A stretch of 64,000 bases of DNA from Escherichia coli (GCF_050320075.1 NZ_CP190018.1); one strand, 5' to 3'. Positions 17,314 through 31,283 are shown, counted from the first letter of the stretch. Numbers and translations are program-made. The notes: generated by a model from the sequence alone, not told the origin.

Positions 17314-18321
17314 ATGAGTCTGGATATCAACCAGATTGCTCTGCACCAGCTTATCAAGCGTGATGAGCAGAACCTTGAGCTGGTGTTGCGCGATTCATTG
17401 CTGGAACCGACAGAAACCGTCGTTGAGATGGTGGCAGAACTGCATCGGGTCTATAGCGCCAAAAATAAAGCTTACGGCTTGTTTAGCGAAGAGAGTGAAC
17501 TGGCGCAGACACTGCGCTTACAGCGTCAGGGCGAAGAGGACTTTCTGGCATTTAGCCGCGCGGCAACCGGTCGCCTGCGTGACGAATTAGCGAAATATCC
17601 TTTTGCTGACGGTGGATTCGTGCTGTTTTGCCACTATCGCTATCTGGCGGTGGAGTATCTGCTGGTGGCAGTTCTGAGCAACCTGAGCAGTATGCGTGTT
17701 AACGAAAATCTCGACATCAACCCAACCCATTATCTTGATATCAATCATGCGGATATTGTTGCGCGTATCGATTTAACCGAGTGGGAAACCAATCCAGAGT
17801 CGACCCGCTATCTCACTTTCCTGAAAGGGCGAGTAGGGCGCAAAGTGGCGGATTTCTTTATGGATTTCCTCGGGGCCAGCGAAGGGTTAAACGCGAAAGC
17901 GCAAAACCGTGGGCTGTTGCAAGCGGTTGATGATTTCACTGCCGAAGCACAACTGGATAAAGCAGAGCGACAGAACGTGCGCCAGCAGGTTTATAGCTAC
18001 TGTAATGAGCAGCTGCAGGCAGGCGAAGAGATTGAACTGGAATCGCTGTCGAAAGAGCTGGCAGGCGTCAGCGAAGTGAGCTTCACGGAGTTTGCGGCTG
18101 AAAAAGGCTACGAACTGGAAGAGAGCTTCCCGGCAGACCGTAGCACACTGCGTCAGTTGACGAAGTTTGCCGGTAGCGGCGGTGGCTTGACTATTAACTT
18201 TGATGCGATGCTGTTAGGTGAACGCATCTTCTGGGATCCAGCAACCGATACCCTGACCATTAAAGGCACGCCGCCGAATTTGCGCGATCAATTGCAGCGC
18301 CGGACGTCTGGCGGCAATTAA
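17314..18321 (+). CDS. yejK: Nucleoid-associated protein YejK (NdpA), 335 aa
   Basis: Begins [19 protein letters not shown]; synteny. Confidence 0.8.
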
Positions 18322-18415
18322 TCGGTTTTGTGTTCTGAATGCCAGATGCGGCGTGAACGCCTTATCTGGCCTGCAAAAAATAGCAATACCGTAATCAGGC
18401 ATATTCTGCAGATAC

Positions 18416-18443
18416 AAAAAACCCCGCCGGAGCGGGGTTTTTT
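18416..18443. terminator. Bidirectional intrinsic terminator between yejK and rplY (CCCCGC-CGGA-GCGGGG with flanking A/T runs)
   Basis: Read directly at AAAAAACCCCGCCGGAGCGGGGTTTTTT; a REP-like palindrome lies just upstream (about 18336-18372). Confidence 0.6.
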
Positions 18444-18459
18444 ACAACTTATTCAGCAA

Positions 18460-18852
<393 letters not shown>

Positions 18853-18868
18853 TCAATCAAAACTACCA

Positions 18869-20629
18869 TTAACCGCGTAATTCGTGCGCCCGACGAAAAC
18901 GACCTTCGTAATCGAACACTTTTTCACGCACTTGCCAGTACTGACCTTTCATGCGGGCGACGACAAAATCCGGGTGTCGCAGTAATGCTTGCTGGGCGAG
19001 GATATCAGCGGCGGTGATCCAGCGCAGAGGGATGCCCGGTGTGCGCGTATGCGGGCGGATAAAAAGCTGCTCGAAGGCGGTACGCTGAGCGGGCGTTTGC
19101 AGACGGAAACGCTCACTCACATCCGCGCCGTCTTCATCGTAATAGGTGATTTTCAACCATTCGCCTTTCTCGTCGTGCCCATGCTGCAAAGACATGCCGC
19201 TACAGCGTAATACCAGCGCGTCTTTCAGTCGTAGCGCCGCTTTTAACATATCATCCGGATCAACCAGTACGGTGTCACATTCGCGGCAGCGGCGGGCGGC
19301 AATATCGTTTTCCGCGTTACATTGCGGGCAATTTTTAAAACGGAAACGGAAATCACACTGTTCTCGATGACCGTCGTCATCTTCAAACCATCCCTGACAG
19401 CGGCGACCAAAGTGTTCAATCAATGTCCCGTCGGCGGTCGTTTTCCCCCAAAAGGTGTTGGCAAAACCGCAGGCAGGGCAGAAAACCTGTACCGGAACGT
19501 TGTCACTTTTGCCTTTCGGTGTACCAACTTCCGGCGCGTAGAGATCGTGAGGGTTACCCGCATAATCAAGAATTAAGCAATCAGTCTTGCCTGGAGCGAG
19601 ACGCAGACCGCGCCCGACAATTTGTTGGTAAAGACTCACCGATTCGGTAGGGCGCAGAATAGCAATAAGATCGACGTGCGGGGCGTCAAATCCAGTGGTC
19701 AGTACCGCGACGTTGACCAGATAGCGAAAACGCTGGGCTTTAAAATCTTCAATTAACACATCGCGCTCAGCGCCGGGTGTGTCGCCAGTAATCAGTGCTG
19801 CATCTTCGGCAGGCAGCAGTCCCACTATCTCCTTGGCGTGTTCAACGGTGGCGGCGAAAATCATCACTCCTTTACGCTTTTCGGCGAACTCCATAATCTG
19901 GCTGATGATGTGCGGGGTAATACGTTGCTGTTTTTTCAGCTCGCGGTTGAGATCGGCTTCGCTGAAAAGCCCGTTACTCTGTGCCTGCAAGCGGCTGAAA
20001 TCGTATTGCACTACTGGCATATCCAGTCGTTCTGGCGGCGTCAGATAGCCGTGTTTAATCATATAACGCAGCGGCAGCTCATAAATGCAGTCACGGAAAA
20101 GGGCTTTCTCATCGCCGCGTACCATGCCGTGATAATGGAACTGGTAGATCCAGCCTTTGCCCAATCGAAAAGGCGTGGCAGTCAGCCCCAGCAGGCGTAA
20201 GTGGGGATTCACTTTTGTCAGGTGAGTGAGGATTTGCTGATACTGGCTCTCTTCATCGTCACCAATACGGTGACATTCATCGACAATCAACAGCGAAAAT
20301 TCACCCTGAAAGGCATCAAGATTACGGGCGACCGACTGCACGCTGCCAAATACCACTTTACCGTGGCTCTCTTTGCGCTTTAGCCCGGCGGCAAAAATAT
20401 CGGCTTCCAGCCCCAGCGCCTGATATTTTGCATGGTTTTGCGCCACCAGTTCTTTAACGTGTGCCAGCACCAGCACGCGACCACGCGCCAGCCGCGCCAG
20501 TTCCGCTATCACCAGGCTTTTACCTGCACCGGTGGGCAGCACGATAACGGCAGGGGTTTTATGACGACGAAAATGGTTGAGCGTGGCATCCACGGCTTCT
20601 TGCTGATATGGGCGGAGTGTAAAAATCAT
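18869..20629 (-). CDS. radD: ATP-dependent DNA helicase RadD (YejH), superfamily 2, 586 aa
   Basis: Walker A PTGAGKS, DECH box, C-terminal zinc-finger-like Cys cluster. Confidence 0.8.
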   Translation of the reverse strand: MIFTLRPYQQEAVDATLNHFRRHKTPAVIVLPTGAGKSLVIAELARLARGRVLVLAHVKELVAQNHAKYQALGLEADIFAAGLKRKESHGKVVFGSVQSVARNLDAFQGEFSLLIVDECHRIGDDEESQYQQILTHLTKVNPHLRLLGLTATPFRLGKGWIYQFHYHGMVRGDEKALFRDCIYELPLRYMIKHGYLTPPERLDMPVVQYDFSRLQAQSNGLFSEADLNRELKKQQRITPHIISQIMEFAEKRKGVMIFAATVEHAKEIVGLLPAEDAALITGDTPGAERDVLIEDFKAQRFRYLVNVAVLTTGFDAPHVDLIAILRPTESVSLYQQIVGRGLRLAPGKTDCLILDYAGNPHDLYAPEVGTPKGKSDNVPVQVFCPACGFANTFWGKTTADGTLIEHFGRRCQGWFEDDDGHREQCDFRFRFKNCPQCNAENDIAARRCRECDTVLVDPDDMLKAALRLKDALVLRCSGMSLQHGHDEKGEWLKITYYDEDGADVSERFRLQTPAQRTAFEQLFIRPHTRTPGIPLRWITAADILAQQALLRHPDFVVARMKGQYWQVREKVFDYEGRFRRAHELRG

Positions 20630-20778
20630 GGTCTCGCGTAGGTAGATTATTCTGCTAATAGTATGCCACGGATCTTTTTCCCTTGAGGGAAGTTATTAGA
20701 CCGCTATACTGGGCAGACAACAGTTCAGATTTTCGGGTCATTACCCGACCTCCGTTTTTTACAGGCAAAATCACACAC

Positions 20779-21474
20779 ATGCGACTTGATAAATTTATCG
20801 CACAGCAACTCGGCGTTAGCCGTGCTATTGCCGGGCGTGAAATCCGCGGCAATCGTGTCACCGTCGATGGCGAAATCGTCCGTAATGCAGCGTTCAAACT
20901 GCTCCCTGAACATGATGTCGCTTACGATGGCAACCCGCTGGCGCAGCAACACGGTCCACGTTACTTCATGCTCAATAAACCTCAGGGCTATGTTTGCTCC
21001 ACGGACGACCCGGATCACCCAACGGTGCTCTATTTTCTTGATGAACCGGTAGCGTGGAAACTGCACGCTGCAGGGCGTCTGGATATCGATACCACCGGTC
21101 TGGTACTAATGACAGATGATGGTCAGTGGTCGCACCGCATTACTTCTCCGCGCCATCATTGCGAGAAGACCTATCTGGTGACGCTGGAATCACCCGTAGC
21201 TGACGATACGGCAGAGCAATTTGCTAAAGGCGTGCAGCTGCATAACGAAAAAGATCTCACTAAGCCGGCGGTGCTGGAAGTGATTACCCCAACGCAGGTT
21301 CGTTTGACCATCAGCGAAGGGCGTTATCATCAGGTGAAACGTATGTTCGCCGCCGTGGGTAACCATGTGGTTGAGCTGCATCGTGAACGTATTGGCGGCA
21401 TTACGCTGGATGCTGATTTAGCTCCCGGTGAATATCGTCCGTTAACTGAAGAAGAAATTGCCAGCGTCGTCTAA
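20779..21474 (+). CDS. rsuA: 16S rRNA pseudouridine(516) synthase RsuA (231 aa)
   Basis: Begins [15 protein letters not shown] (S4 domain) followed by pseudouridine synthase catalytic region; longer six-frame ORF is an alternative-start extension. Confidence 0.8.
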
Positions 21475-21501
21475 CTTTTCAATGACTTTCAGGAGCCCGT
21501 T

Positions 21502-22692
21502 GTGACCACCCGACAGCATTCGTCGTTTGCTATTGTTTTTATCCTTGGCCTGCTGGCCATGTTGATGCCGCTGTCGATTGATATGTATCTGCCCGCGCTA
21601 CCGGTAATTTCAGCGCAGTTTGGCGTACCGGCAGGCAGTACGCAGATGACCCTCAGTACTTATATTCTGGGCTTTGCGTTGGGGCAGTTAATCTACGGGC
21701 CGATGGCAGACAGCTTCGGGCGTAAGCCGGTGGTTCTTGGCGGTACGCTGGTGTTTGCCGCCGCCGCGGTGGCGTGTGCGTTGGCAAACACCATCGATCA
21801 GCTGATTGTGATGCGTTTCTTCCACGGGCTGGCTGCGGCTGCGGCCAGCGTGGTCATTAATGCCCTGATGCGCGATATTTACCCGAAAGAAGAGTTCTCG
21901 CGGATGATGTCGTTTGTCATGCTGGTGACCACTATTGCACCGTTGATGGCACCGATTGTCGGCGGTTGGGTGCTGGTGTGGCTGAGCTGGCATTACATCT
22001 TCTGGATCCTGGCATTAGCGGCGATTCTGGCTTCGGCAATGATTTTCTTCCTGATTAAAGAAACGTTGCCGCCAGAGCGTCGTCAGCCATTTCACATTCG
22101 TACCACTATTGGTAACTTTGCGGCGCTGTTCCGTCATAAGCGTGTCCTGAGTTATATGCTTGCCAGTGGTTTCAGCTTTGCCGGGATGTTCTCGTTCTTA
22201 AGCGCCGGACCGTTTGTCTACATTGAAATTAACCACGTCGCGCCGGAAAACTTTGGTTATTACTTTGCGCTAAACATTGTTTTCCTGTTCGTGATGACTA
22301 TCTTTAACAGCCGCTTCGTCCGCCGAATTGGCGCGTTAAATATGTTCCGCTCGGGGTTGTGGATACAGTTTATTATGGCGGCGTGGATGGTCATCAGTGC
22401 GCTGCTGGGGCTGGGATTCTGGTCGCTGGTGGTTGGCGTTGCGGCGTTTGTGGGCTGCGTGTCGATGGTGTCATCTAATGCGATGGCGGTCATTCTTGAT
22501 GAGTTTCCCCATATGGCGGGAACGGCATCTTCGCTGGCAGGAACCTTCCGTTTCGGCATAGGGGCAATTGTTGGCGCATTACTTTCTCTTGCGACCTTTA
22601 ACTCTGCATGGCCGATGATTTGGTCAATTGCATTCTGCGCAACCAGCTCCATTCTCTTCTGTCTGTACGCCAGTCGGCCGAAAAAACGGTGA
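21502..22692 (+). CDS. bcr: MFS efflux transporter Bcr (bicyclomycin/multidrug), 396 aa, GTG start
   Basis: 12-TM MFS protein beginning [20 protein letters not shown]; GTG start 9 bp after AGGAG. Confidence 0.8.
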
Positions 22693-23024
22693 TCTATTGC
22701 ACAACGAGGAAGCTAAAAGGCTTCCTTTGTTGATGCATGTCAACCACAAATCCATCATTCCCCCGATATATGTTTATTTTATGTAAAATCAATTTATGTA
22801 AAAAGTCACATCATTGTAGTTAAAAAGGTTGAGTTAGATCGCAGAAACGGGTACATATAGCCCCGCAAACGTGACCACGCCCGCAGATATTATTTAAATC
22901 AGAGCCATAGAGGCCACGCTGGCGAGGCATCAATCTTTACGATCTGTATAAAGACGGATTGTTGATGATGTGTTAAAATTGATGTAAACAAATTGTGAAG
23001 TAAATGTGCTTCCGGGGAAAATAA

Positions 23025-23369
23025 GTGACTTCATTACAACTCTCAATCGTCCATCGACTGCCGCAGAACTATCGCTGGTCTGCTGGTTTCGCAGGTTCGA
23101 AGGTTGAACCGATTCCGCAAAATGGACCGTGCGGTGACAACAGCCTGGTGGCGCTTAAATTGCTTAGCCCGGATGGTGATAATGCATGGTCGGTGATGTA
23201 CAAACTCAGCCAGGCGTTAAGCGACATCGAAGTTCCATGTTCGGTACTGGAGTGTGAAGGTGAGCCGTGCCTGTTTGTAAATCGCCAGGACGAGTTTGCT
23301 GCAACATGCCGATTGAAAAATTTTGGTGTGGCAATTGCCGAACCCTTCTCAAACTACAATCCTTTTTAA
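23025..23369 (+). CDS. yejG: Uncharacterised protein YejG (114 aa)
   Basis: Conserved ORF in synteny between bcr and yejF. Confidence 0.7.
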
Positions 23370-23372
23370 GCG

Positions 23373-24962
23373 TCAGCTCAACGCCAGTAGCTGACGCGTA
23401 TACTCCTGCTGCGGTGCGGCAAACACGCGCGCGCACGGTCCTTGTTCCACTACTTCCCCTTGTCGCAGTACGATAACCTGATGACATAACGCGCGGACAA
23501 CGTGCAAATCGTGACTGATAAACAAATAGGCCAGTTGATGCTTTTGTTGCAATGATTTCAATAGCGTCAATATTTGCGCCTGTACCGTTTTGTCGAGCGA
23601 TGATGTTGGTTCATCAAGAATGATCAGCGAGGGCTTAAGAATTAACGCCCTGGCAATCGCAATACGTTGCCGCTGACCACCAGAGAACTCCGCCGGATAA
23701 CGGTGGCGTGTTTCAGGATCTAATCCCACTTCATGCATCACGGCTATCACTTGTTGTTCGCGTTGTGCGGCAGAAAGCGTCGGCTGGTGAACCCGTAAGC
23801 CTTCCTCAATAATCTGCAAAACGTTGAGTCGTGGGTTGAGCGAGGAGTTTGGATCCTGAAATACCACCTGAATGCGATGACGAATAGGTAACAGCTGGCG
23901 ACGATTTAAATTTTGCAGTGGCTGACCGTCAAAGATAATGCTGCCCTGAGAGTTAATCAGTCGCAGCAGCGCCAGTCCCGTCGTGCTTTTCCCGGAACCT
24001 GACTCGCCTACTAAACCCAGTGTTTCACCCGCTCGTAGCGTAAAACTGATGTTTTTCACCACCACATTATGATCCACAATGCGCTTCAAAATCCCTTTGC
24101 GAATGGGGAAGGCAACCTGAAGCTGTTCAACATCCAGCAACGTTGAGGCAGGTTCTGGCAATGGTACCGGGTCGCCTGACGGTTCACTGTTGAGTAGCTT
24201 TTGTGTGTAAGGATGAGTGGGTGAGGCAAATAGCGTAGCGGCGTTATTTTGCTCGACACAGCGACCGTTTTGCATTACCGCCACGCGATGGGCCAGTTTT
24301 CTGACAATGCTGAGGTTATGAGTAATAAACAGCATACCCATATTCAGCTCGCCTTGCAGTTCGCGCAACAGCTGTAAAATTTGCGCCTGAACAGAGACGT
24401 CCAGTGCGGTGGTTGGTTCATCGGCAATTAATAATTCAGGTCGCGTTAACAGCGCCATCGCAATCATCACCCGCTGGCGTTCGCCGCCGGAGAGCTGATG
24501 CGGATAATCTGTCAGCCGTTTTGCCGCCTGGCGGATACCGACGCGATCAAGGCAGTTAAGAATTTCGCCACGAGCCGCTTCCCGACGCATCCCGCGGTGG
24601 AGTGAAAGCACTTCATAAAGCTGTTTTTCCAGGGTATGCAATGGATTTAATGACACCATCGGCTCCTGAAAAATCATGGCGATCTTATTACCGCGTACAC
24701 CGCGCAACGTTTGATCGCTGGCATGAAGCAGCGATTCGCCATGAAAACGAATATCGCCGGAGAGATATTCAACCGGCGGGGAAGGGAGCAGGCGTAAAAT
24801 TGACAGCGCGGTAACGCTTTTGCCTGAACCTGACTCACCCACCAGCGCCAGCGTTTCGCCAGCCTCAATCTGAAGTGAAACATCATTGACTACTGTACGT
24901 ACGGTTTGCTGATGGCGAAAACCCACCGACAAATTTTCAATCGCTAACAGAGTTTGCGTCAT
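23373..24962 (-). CDS. yejF: ABC transporter ATP-binding protein YejF (two ABC domains)
   Basis: Duplicated Walker A GESGSGKS and LSGG signature motifs; start placed at [11 protein letters not shown]. Confidence 0.8.
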   Translation of the reverse strand: MTQTLLAIENLSVGFRHQQTVRTVVNDVSLQIEAGETLALVGESGSGKSVTALSILRLLPSPPVEYLSGDIRFHGESLLHASDQTLRGVRGNKIAMIFQEPMVSLNPLHTLEKQLYEVLSLHRGMRREAARGEILNCLDRVGIRQAAKRLTDYPHQLSGGERQRVMIAMALLTRPELLIADEPTTALDVSVQAQILQLLRELQGELNMGMLFITHNLSIVRKLAHRVAVMQNGRCVEQNNAATLFASPTHPYTQKLLNSEPSGDPVPLPEPASTLLDVEQLQVAFPIRKGILKRIVDHNVVVKNISFTLRAGETLGLVGESGSGKSTTGLALLRLINSQGSIIFDGQPLQNLNRRQLLPIRHRIQVVFQDPNSSLNPRLNVLQIIEEGLRVHQPTLSAAQREQQVIAVMHEVGLDPETRHRYPAEFSGGQRQRIAIARALILKPSLIILDEPTSSLDKTVQAQILTLLKSLQQKHQLAYLFISHDLHVVRALCHQVIVLRQGEVVEQGPCARVFAAPQQEYTRQLLALS

Positions 24963-24963
24963 G

Positions 24964-25989
24964 CTACACCGCCTTATTAGGATCAAATGCGTCGCGGACG
25001 GCTTCACCAATAAAGATCAGCAAAGACAACAATATCGCCACCGACAAGAAGGCGGTGATCCCAAGCCACGGGGCCTGAAGGTTATTTTTCCCTTGTAACA
25101 GCAGTTCGCCGAGTGACGGTGAACCGAGCGGCAGACCGAAGCCGAGGAAATCGAGTGAGGTCAGGGTGGTGATCGAACTACATAAAATAAACGGTAAAAA
25201 GGTGAGGGTAGCGACCATGGCATTTGGCAACATATGACGCAGGATGATACTGCGATCGCTGACGCCAAGCGCCTGCGCCGCGCGGATGTAGTCGAAATTA
25301 CGGGTACGTAAAAACTCCGCCCGCACCACGCCGACCAGACTCATCCAGCCAAACAAGACGGTAATTGCCAACAGCCACCAGAAGTTAGGCTGTACGACGC
25401 TGGAAAGTAAAATAATCAAAAACAGCGTCGGCATCCCCGACCATACTTCAATAAAACGTTGCCCCCAGAGATCGACTTTACCGCCGTAATAGCCTTGTAG
25501 CGCCCCCGCCAGCACGCCCATCACGCTGGAGCAGAGGGTCAGCATCAGGCCAAACAGAACTGAGATCCGCGTGCCATAGAGAATACGTGCCAGCACATCG
25601 CCGCCATTGGCATCCGTTCCCAGCCAGTTTTGCCGGGAGGGTGGGGAGGGGAAGGGCTTGTCGGTAGAAAAGTTGATACTGGTAGCGCCAAAGCGAATCG
25701 GTGCCCATAGTACCCAGCCTTTATCTTCCAACCGCTGTTTCAGCCACGGGTCCTGATAATCAGCCTGGCTTGCCAGCGGGCCGCCAAAATCGCTTTCGCT
25801 GTAGTTTTTCAACAACGGGAAATACCAACTGCCGTCATAACGTACCAGCAACGGTTTATCGTTGGCGATCAGTTCAGAACACAAACTCAAACCAAACAAA
25901 ACGAGGAAAATCCATAACGACCAGTAGCCGCGACGGTTATGACGAAAACGCGCCCAACGGGCCTGATTGACGGGGCTGAGTCGCGACAT
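24964..25989 (-). CDS. yejE: ABC transporter permease YejE
   Basis: Polytopic permease, synteny in yejABEF operon. Confidence 0.8.
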   Translation of the reverse strand: MSRLSPVNQARWARFRHNRRGYWSLWIFLVLFGLSLCSELIANDKPLLVRYDGSWYFPLLKNYSESDFGGPLASQADYQDPWLKQRLEDKGWVLWAPIRFGATSINFSTDKPFPSPPSRQNWLGTDANGGDVLARILYGTRISVLFGLMLTLCSSVMGVLAGALQGYYGGKVDLWGQRFIEVWSGMPTLFLIILLSSVVQPNFWWLLAITVLFGWMSLVGVVRAEFLRTRNFDYIRAAQALGVSDRSIILRHMLPNAMVATLTFLPFILCSSITTLTSLDFLGFGLPLGSPSLGELLLQGKNNLQAPWLGITAFLSVAILLSLLIFIGEAVRDAFDPNKAV

Positions 25990-27083
25990 TAACGTCCCTC
26001 AAAATCTATACGCGGATCGACCAGCGTATAGCTGATATCACTGACAATATTCAGCAGCAGGCCAATCAGGGTGAAAATATACAAGGTACCAAACATTACA
26101 GGATAATCGCGCGAGACGGTCGCTTCGTAGCCCAGTAAGCCAAGACCATTGAGTGAAAACATCACCTCAATCAGCAGCGAGCCGGTAAAAAACATGCTGA
26201 TAAACGTCGCCGGAAAACCGGCAATCACCAGCAGCATGGCGTTGCGGAACACATGTTTCCAGAGAATATTTTTTTCACTTACCCCTTTCGCACGGGCGGT
26301 CACCACGTATTGCTTGCGCACTTCATCAAGGAATGAGTTTTTTGTCAGCATGGTCAGCGCCGCAAAGCCGCCAATCACTGTCGCCAGCACCGGCAGCGTG
26401 ATATGCCACAGATAATCGGTGATTTTCTGATACCACGGCAGCGAATCAAAGTTAGCGGAAACCAGGCCGCGTAGAGGGAACAGGTCGAAATAGCTGCCGC
26501 CTGCGAAGAAGACAATCAGCAGGATGGCAAACAAAAAGGCCGGAATGGCGTAGCCGATGATGATAAATGCACTACTCCAGACGTCAAAGCGACTACCATT
26601 ATAAACAGCTTTGCGAATGCCTAACGGAATCGACACCAGATAGATAATCAGCGTGCTCCATAATCCGAGGGTGATGGAAACCGGCAGACTATCTTTAATC
26701 AGCGTCAGTACCGAGGCGCTGCGAAAAAGGCTGTCGCCAAAATCAAAGCGGATGTAGTCCCAGAGCATTTTGAAGTAACGTTCGTGGATCGGCTTATCGA
26801 AACCGTAGCGATGAGTGATCTCGGCGATCACTTCTGGATCTAATCCGCGTCCGCCACGGTAATTACTGTCGCTGATATTGCCGACGCCCGTTTGCGCATG
26901 GCTGGCGCGAACACCTTCACCGCCTGCGCCGGGTAATACTCCGGCATTACCAAACTCAATGGCGGCGATGGCCTGGTCGACCGGACCGCCAGGCGCAATT
27001 TGCACGATGAAAAAGTTGATAGTGATAATCGCCCATAACGTTGGGATCACCAGCAACAGACGGCGAATCAGATAAGCGCCCAT
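25989..27083 (-). CDS. yejB: ABC transporter permease YejB
   Basis: Polytopic permease, translationally coupled in yejABEF operon. Confidence 0.8.
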
Positions 27084-28898
27084 CTACTCTCCCTGTTGTC
27101 TGGCTGACGGCAGTTTGGCCGCTTTATTAACGTCATACCACCAGGTATCGATACCCAGGCTGTAAACAGGGCGTACAGCGGGTTGGGAGAATTTATCCCA
27201 CCAGGCGAGACGGTCTTCCGCCATGTACCACATTGGCAGCATGTAATAATTCCACGTTAATACGCGATCCAGTGCTCGCCCCAACGGCAGTAATTTTTCT
27301 TTATTTCCCTGCGCGGCAATAATTTGGTTGATCAGCGAGTCGATAACCGGGCTTTGCACGCCGGGGGCATTATAAGTGGAATTGATATATTCCGATGACC
27401 AGGAAATCTGTAAATCGGAACTGGGCCACGGCATCGCCCGCCATACGCGCGGCATCATGTCATAGTCGCGACTGCGCATGCGGTTGGTGATTTGCGAGTT
27501 ATCCACTTTGCGAATGTCCATGTTGATACCCAGCCGTTGCAGGCTGTGCTGGAACGGCAATACCCACTGACTATTGCTGCTCGAAGGTAGCAATAACTCA
27601 AAGCTGAGCGGCTGACCCGTTGTGGCATTTACGCGTTGCTGACCCTTCAGCACCCAGCCCGCTTCGTTGAGAAGTTTGTCGGCTTTTAACAGGTTGTCAC
27701 GATCGTAGCCATCGCCTTTGGATACCGGCGGCTGGTAGATTTGCGTGAAGACTTCTGGCGGTAGATCTTTTTTCATTGGTGCCAGAAGCACCAGCTCCGC
27801 GGCGTCGGGGTAATTTCTGGCCGCGTATTCGGTATTCTGAAAATAACTGTTCGTGCGACTCCAGGCATTGTAAAACAACGCTTTGTTCATCCATTCAAAG
27901 TCAAAGGCGAGAGTGATCGCTTCCCGCACCCGGCGATCGCTGAATACCGGACGTTGGATATTAAACGCCAGCCAGCGCGTATCCTGGGCTGATTCGTTCT
28001 TTTGCTCATCTTTGATGATGTATTTCTTATCGAAATTTTTACCGGTATAGCGCGTGGCCCAGTTTTTGGCGTCGTTTTCCATACGCAAATCAAAGGCACC
28101 GGCTTTAAACGCTTCAAAGGCGACATTATCATCGAGGTAATAATCGTAGCGAATGGTGTCGAAATTCCAGCGTCCACGGTTTACCGGTAAGTTTGCTGCC
28201 CAGTAATCTTTCACGCGGGAATAGACAATATTTTGCCCCATTTTCCAGGACGTAATTCGGTACGGACCACTGGCAAGCGGAGGCGTGGCGAGCGGGTCGC
28301 TAAGTTTGTGATTCTTCCAGTACTTTTCTGGAAACACCGGCAGCGAAAACAGACTCAGCATATCTTCTTTGCCGGGTTTAGCTAACTCAATGCGCACGGT
28401 TAACGGCGCAATGGCTTTGACGGTGGTGCCTTTGTAGACCAGACGAAATTGCGGCACGCCTTCGGTCATAAATTTTTGAAAAGTAAACTCTACATCGCGG
28501 GCAGTAATGGGCGAACCATCATGAAAACGGGCGAGCGGATTAATAGCGACCTCCACCCAGGAATAATCGTCAGCATAGCGTGCACTTTCAGCAATCAGCG
28601 GGTAATAACTGCCTGGTTCGTCATCGGAAGTTGTAAATAGCGTGTCGTACAGCTGCTCGGTGCGTGCGCCCGGGTTGCCGCGCAGTGCATAGCGGTTGAA
28701 ATTATCGAAGGTGCCGAGGGCTGACAACGTTATCTGCCCCCCTTTTGGCGCGGCGGGGTTCACATAATCAAAATGGTTGAAATTAAACGCGTACCGGGGT
28801 TCGCCCAGCACGGCAAAGGCATAGCTTTCCTTGATAGCCTGCGCCTGCGCACCAAAGGTGAACAGAGCGATAAACAGCAGCAGTATGCGCACAATCAT
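27084..28898 (-). CDS. yejA: Periplasmic oligopeptide-type substrate-binding protein YejA
   Basis: Signal peptide [19 protein letters not shown] followed by family 5 SBP domain. Confidence 0.8.
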
Positions 28899-28979
28899 CT
28901 GCAACGGATTTCCTTTTACTCATCATTAGCCGCAATCCGGCATGCTTTCACTATGAATAATAAGGGACGTAAGCACACC

Positions 28980-30536
28980 TTACCACTGCGGCGTATACGG
29001 TTTCTTCAGCCAGCGGACAAAATCGTCCAGCGGTAACGGGCGACTAATCCAGTAGCCTTGCATGAAATTAACGCCGCGTTCGCTTAGCCATCGCGCCTGT
29101 TCCGGCGTTTCGACCCCTTCAGCAACCGTCAGCATATTGAGACGTTTCGCCAGCGTCAGCACCGCGTCAAGTACGGGTGAAGTGATCGTTTCCGTACCGA
29201 TGGCGTTGATAAATCCACGGTCAATTTTCAGATAATCGAGCGTAAAACGCTCAAGGTAGATAAGCGCGCTGTGCCCGGTACCGAAGTCATCAATAGCAAT
29301 TTCTACGCCGACCGAGTGTAGCCAGGCAAAGAGTTGCGTGGCTTCTTGCTCTTTCAGCATATCGCGCTCGGTAATTTCCAGCACAATCTGGAAATGGTGT
29401 GCGGGCAGGGAAGTGAGCAGTTTCTGGATATCTGCTTTAAAGCTTTCGCTGTGCAGATGGTCCGGCGCAATGTTAATGCCAAATTTGACGCCTACCGGCA
29501 GTACTTTTTCTAATTCTGCGGCATCGCGGGCAATCAACTCAAACAGGTGCTGAGTCAGTGGCACAATCATCTTTTGCGATTCGGCAAAGATAATGAAGGC
29601 ATCCGGGGGTATTTCTCCCGCGACAGGATGCCGCCAGCGTAGCAGTACTTCCAGGCCCGTTACTCGCAAAGATTGTGTATCCACCACCGGTTGATACGCC
29701 ACGTAAAATTGTTCGCGCTTGATGGCGGTCATGATTTCTCTGCCGGGGCGCATACGTACGCTCATCAGGTAATAGCAGAGCAGGCCAACGACAGTTCCAC
29801 TCATGCCGCCCAGTAAAAATGCGTACCACACATCGTTCCATGTCCAGTCATCTGCATAAAGCCGAACGGTCAGAGGAATGCCCGCAATTTTAGTTTCACG
29901 GACCGGCATGTCGGTTAATTCATTAACGTTCATCAAACGTGAAGCAAAGGTAGATAGCGCAGTATTGCCAATAATGAGGGCGACGCCATCGTAATCTTCC
30001 TGCCGTGAACTATAAAAGAGAGAAGGCGTCAGATTGAGATTCAGAGCGGCAAACACGCCGCTATTTTTCAGCAAAGGGTTGCGATACCAGATGACGATTG
30101 CGGGTTTGTTCGGCACCATCGGCGTGCCGGGTAAGATCGCCATATCGACGTTTTTATTAATGTCGAGCGCCGGAATCAATTCATTGAGTGGAATGTCCAT
30201 CTCACCAGTCGCAGATGAACAGAATGTTTTTTTATCTTTTACCAGCACAAACGTACGGACATTCATGCTAAATGCCGCGCGGGCAGTCAGTTCGGGGTTA
30301 GCCTGCTGGCAGGTATCTAAGGTCAGCGGCTGGAGCCGGTCAGTAGTGGATTTCAGGTCGGCAAAATAGGTATCGAGATATTTTTGTACGTCGGTAATCA
30401 GTGTGTCGTATTTGACTTCGTGCTTATGCCAGGCCACTAAAAACTGAAGGCAGCTCACCAGTATCGCAATCATCACGCCTGCAACAATGCAGGTAAGCAG
30501 GAGCTTACGTCCAGAATTGGGAGCGCGTATGAACAT
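28980..30536 (-). CDS. rtn: Membrane-anchored EAL-domain protein Rtn (c-di-GMP phosphodiesterase-like), 518 aa
   Basis: N-terminal TM segments with periplasmic region and C-terminal EAL domain (EVLLRW, DDFGTG motifs). Confidence 0.7.
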   Translation of the reverse strand: MFIRAPNSGRKLLLTCIVAGVMIAILVSCLQFLVAWHKHEVKYDTLITDVQKYLDTYFADLKSTTDRLQPLTLDTCQQANPELTARAAFSMNVRTFVLVKDKKTFCSSATGEMDIPLNELIPALDINKNVDMAILPGTPMVPNKPAIVIWYRNPLLKNSGVFAALNLNLTPSLFYSSRQEDYDGVALIIGNTALSTFASRLMNVNELTDMPVRETKIAGIPLTVRLYADDWTWNDVWYAFLLGGMSGTVVGLLCYYLMSVRMRPGREIMTAIKREQFYVAYQPVVDTQSLRVTGLEVLLRWRHPVAGEIPPDAFIIFAESQKMIVPLTQHLFELIARDAAELEKVLPVGVKFGINIAPDHLHSESFKADIQKLLTSLPAHHFQIVLEITERDMLKEQEATQLFAWLHSVGVEIAIDDFGTGHSALIYLERFTLDYLKIDRGFINAIGTETITSPVLDAVLTLAKRLNMLTVAEGVETPEQARWLSERGVNFMQGYWISRPLPLDDFVRWLKKPYTPQW

Positions 30537-30716
30537 GATTCCGTTAATTTCCTGAAATTACGACAACATTTAAAAGATAACAATGACCGGACTATAGCCT
30601 GGATCAAGACGCGGAAACATCATTTTCTCTGATGAATGAAAACAAAAAAGCACTGCCTAAGCAGTGCTTTCAGTTAACTCGTCAGGATAGCCAAGGGATT
30701 GCATCCAAACGGTTTA

Positions 30717-31283
30717 TTAGCTGCGGCTGAGAACCCGGCGTGCTTCGTTGTAACGCTTCTTCCAGTACGGTTCATTCATGCTGGAAATAATAACACCACT
30801 GCTGGTGGAAGCATGGACAAACTGATTGTTGCCGATATAAATACCGACATGGCGTCCCGTTGAACCGGCACGGAACAGAACTAAATCACCCGTACGCAAA
30901 TTACTGCGGGAAACAGATTTACCCATTTCCTGCTGTTCGTAAGTCGAACGCGGAAGTTCTAAGCCAAATTGCTCACGGAATGTACGCTGTACGAAACCAG
31001 AACAATCGATACCTTTTTTAGTGCTGCCGCCCAGGCGATAACGTACGCCTTTCCAGTCAGCATACTGATCCATAATTCGCGATTTTACGTCGACATTACG
31101 AACCAGGTTTTCAAATTCATCCTGAGAAGCTTGCAGTGATGATGTTTCACTACCCACTGCACGTGTCTCAGGATGCATATTCTTTGCGGTGTTATTTGCA
31201 CTACATGCAGAAAGCAGAACCGCTACTGCAATCGCGGGAATCCCGCGCAAGATATATCTCAAAATCGGTTGAGATTTGACCAT
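30717..31283 (-). CDS. mepS: Peptidoglycan DD-endopeptidase MepS (Spr), NlpC/P60 lipoprotein, 188 aa
   Basis: Lipobox LLSAC, NlpC/P60 catalytic motifs (DCSGFV, H..GIYIG). Confidence 0.8.

Noticed and set aside
22693-23024. AT-rich 330-bp bcr-yejG intergenic region as a possible insertion or sRNA locus
   Set aside because: Contains only a bcr terminator hairpin and promoter-like AT-rich sequence; nothing repeat-like or structured enough to call
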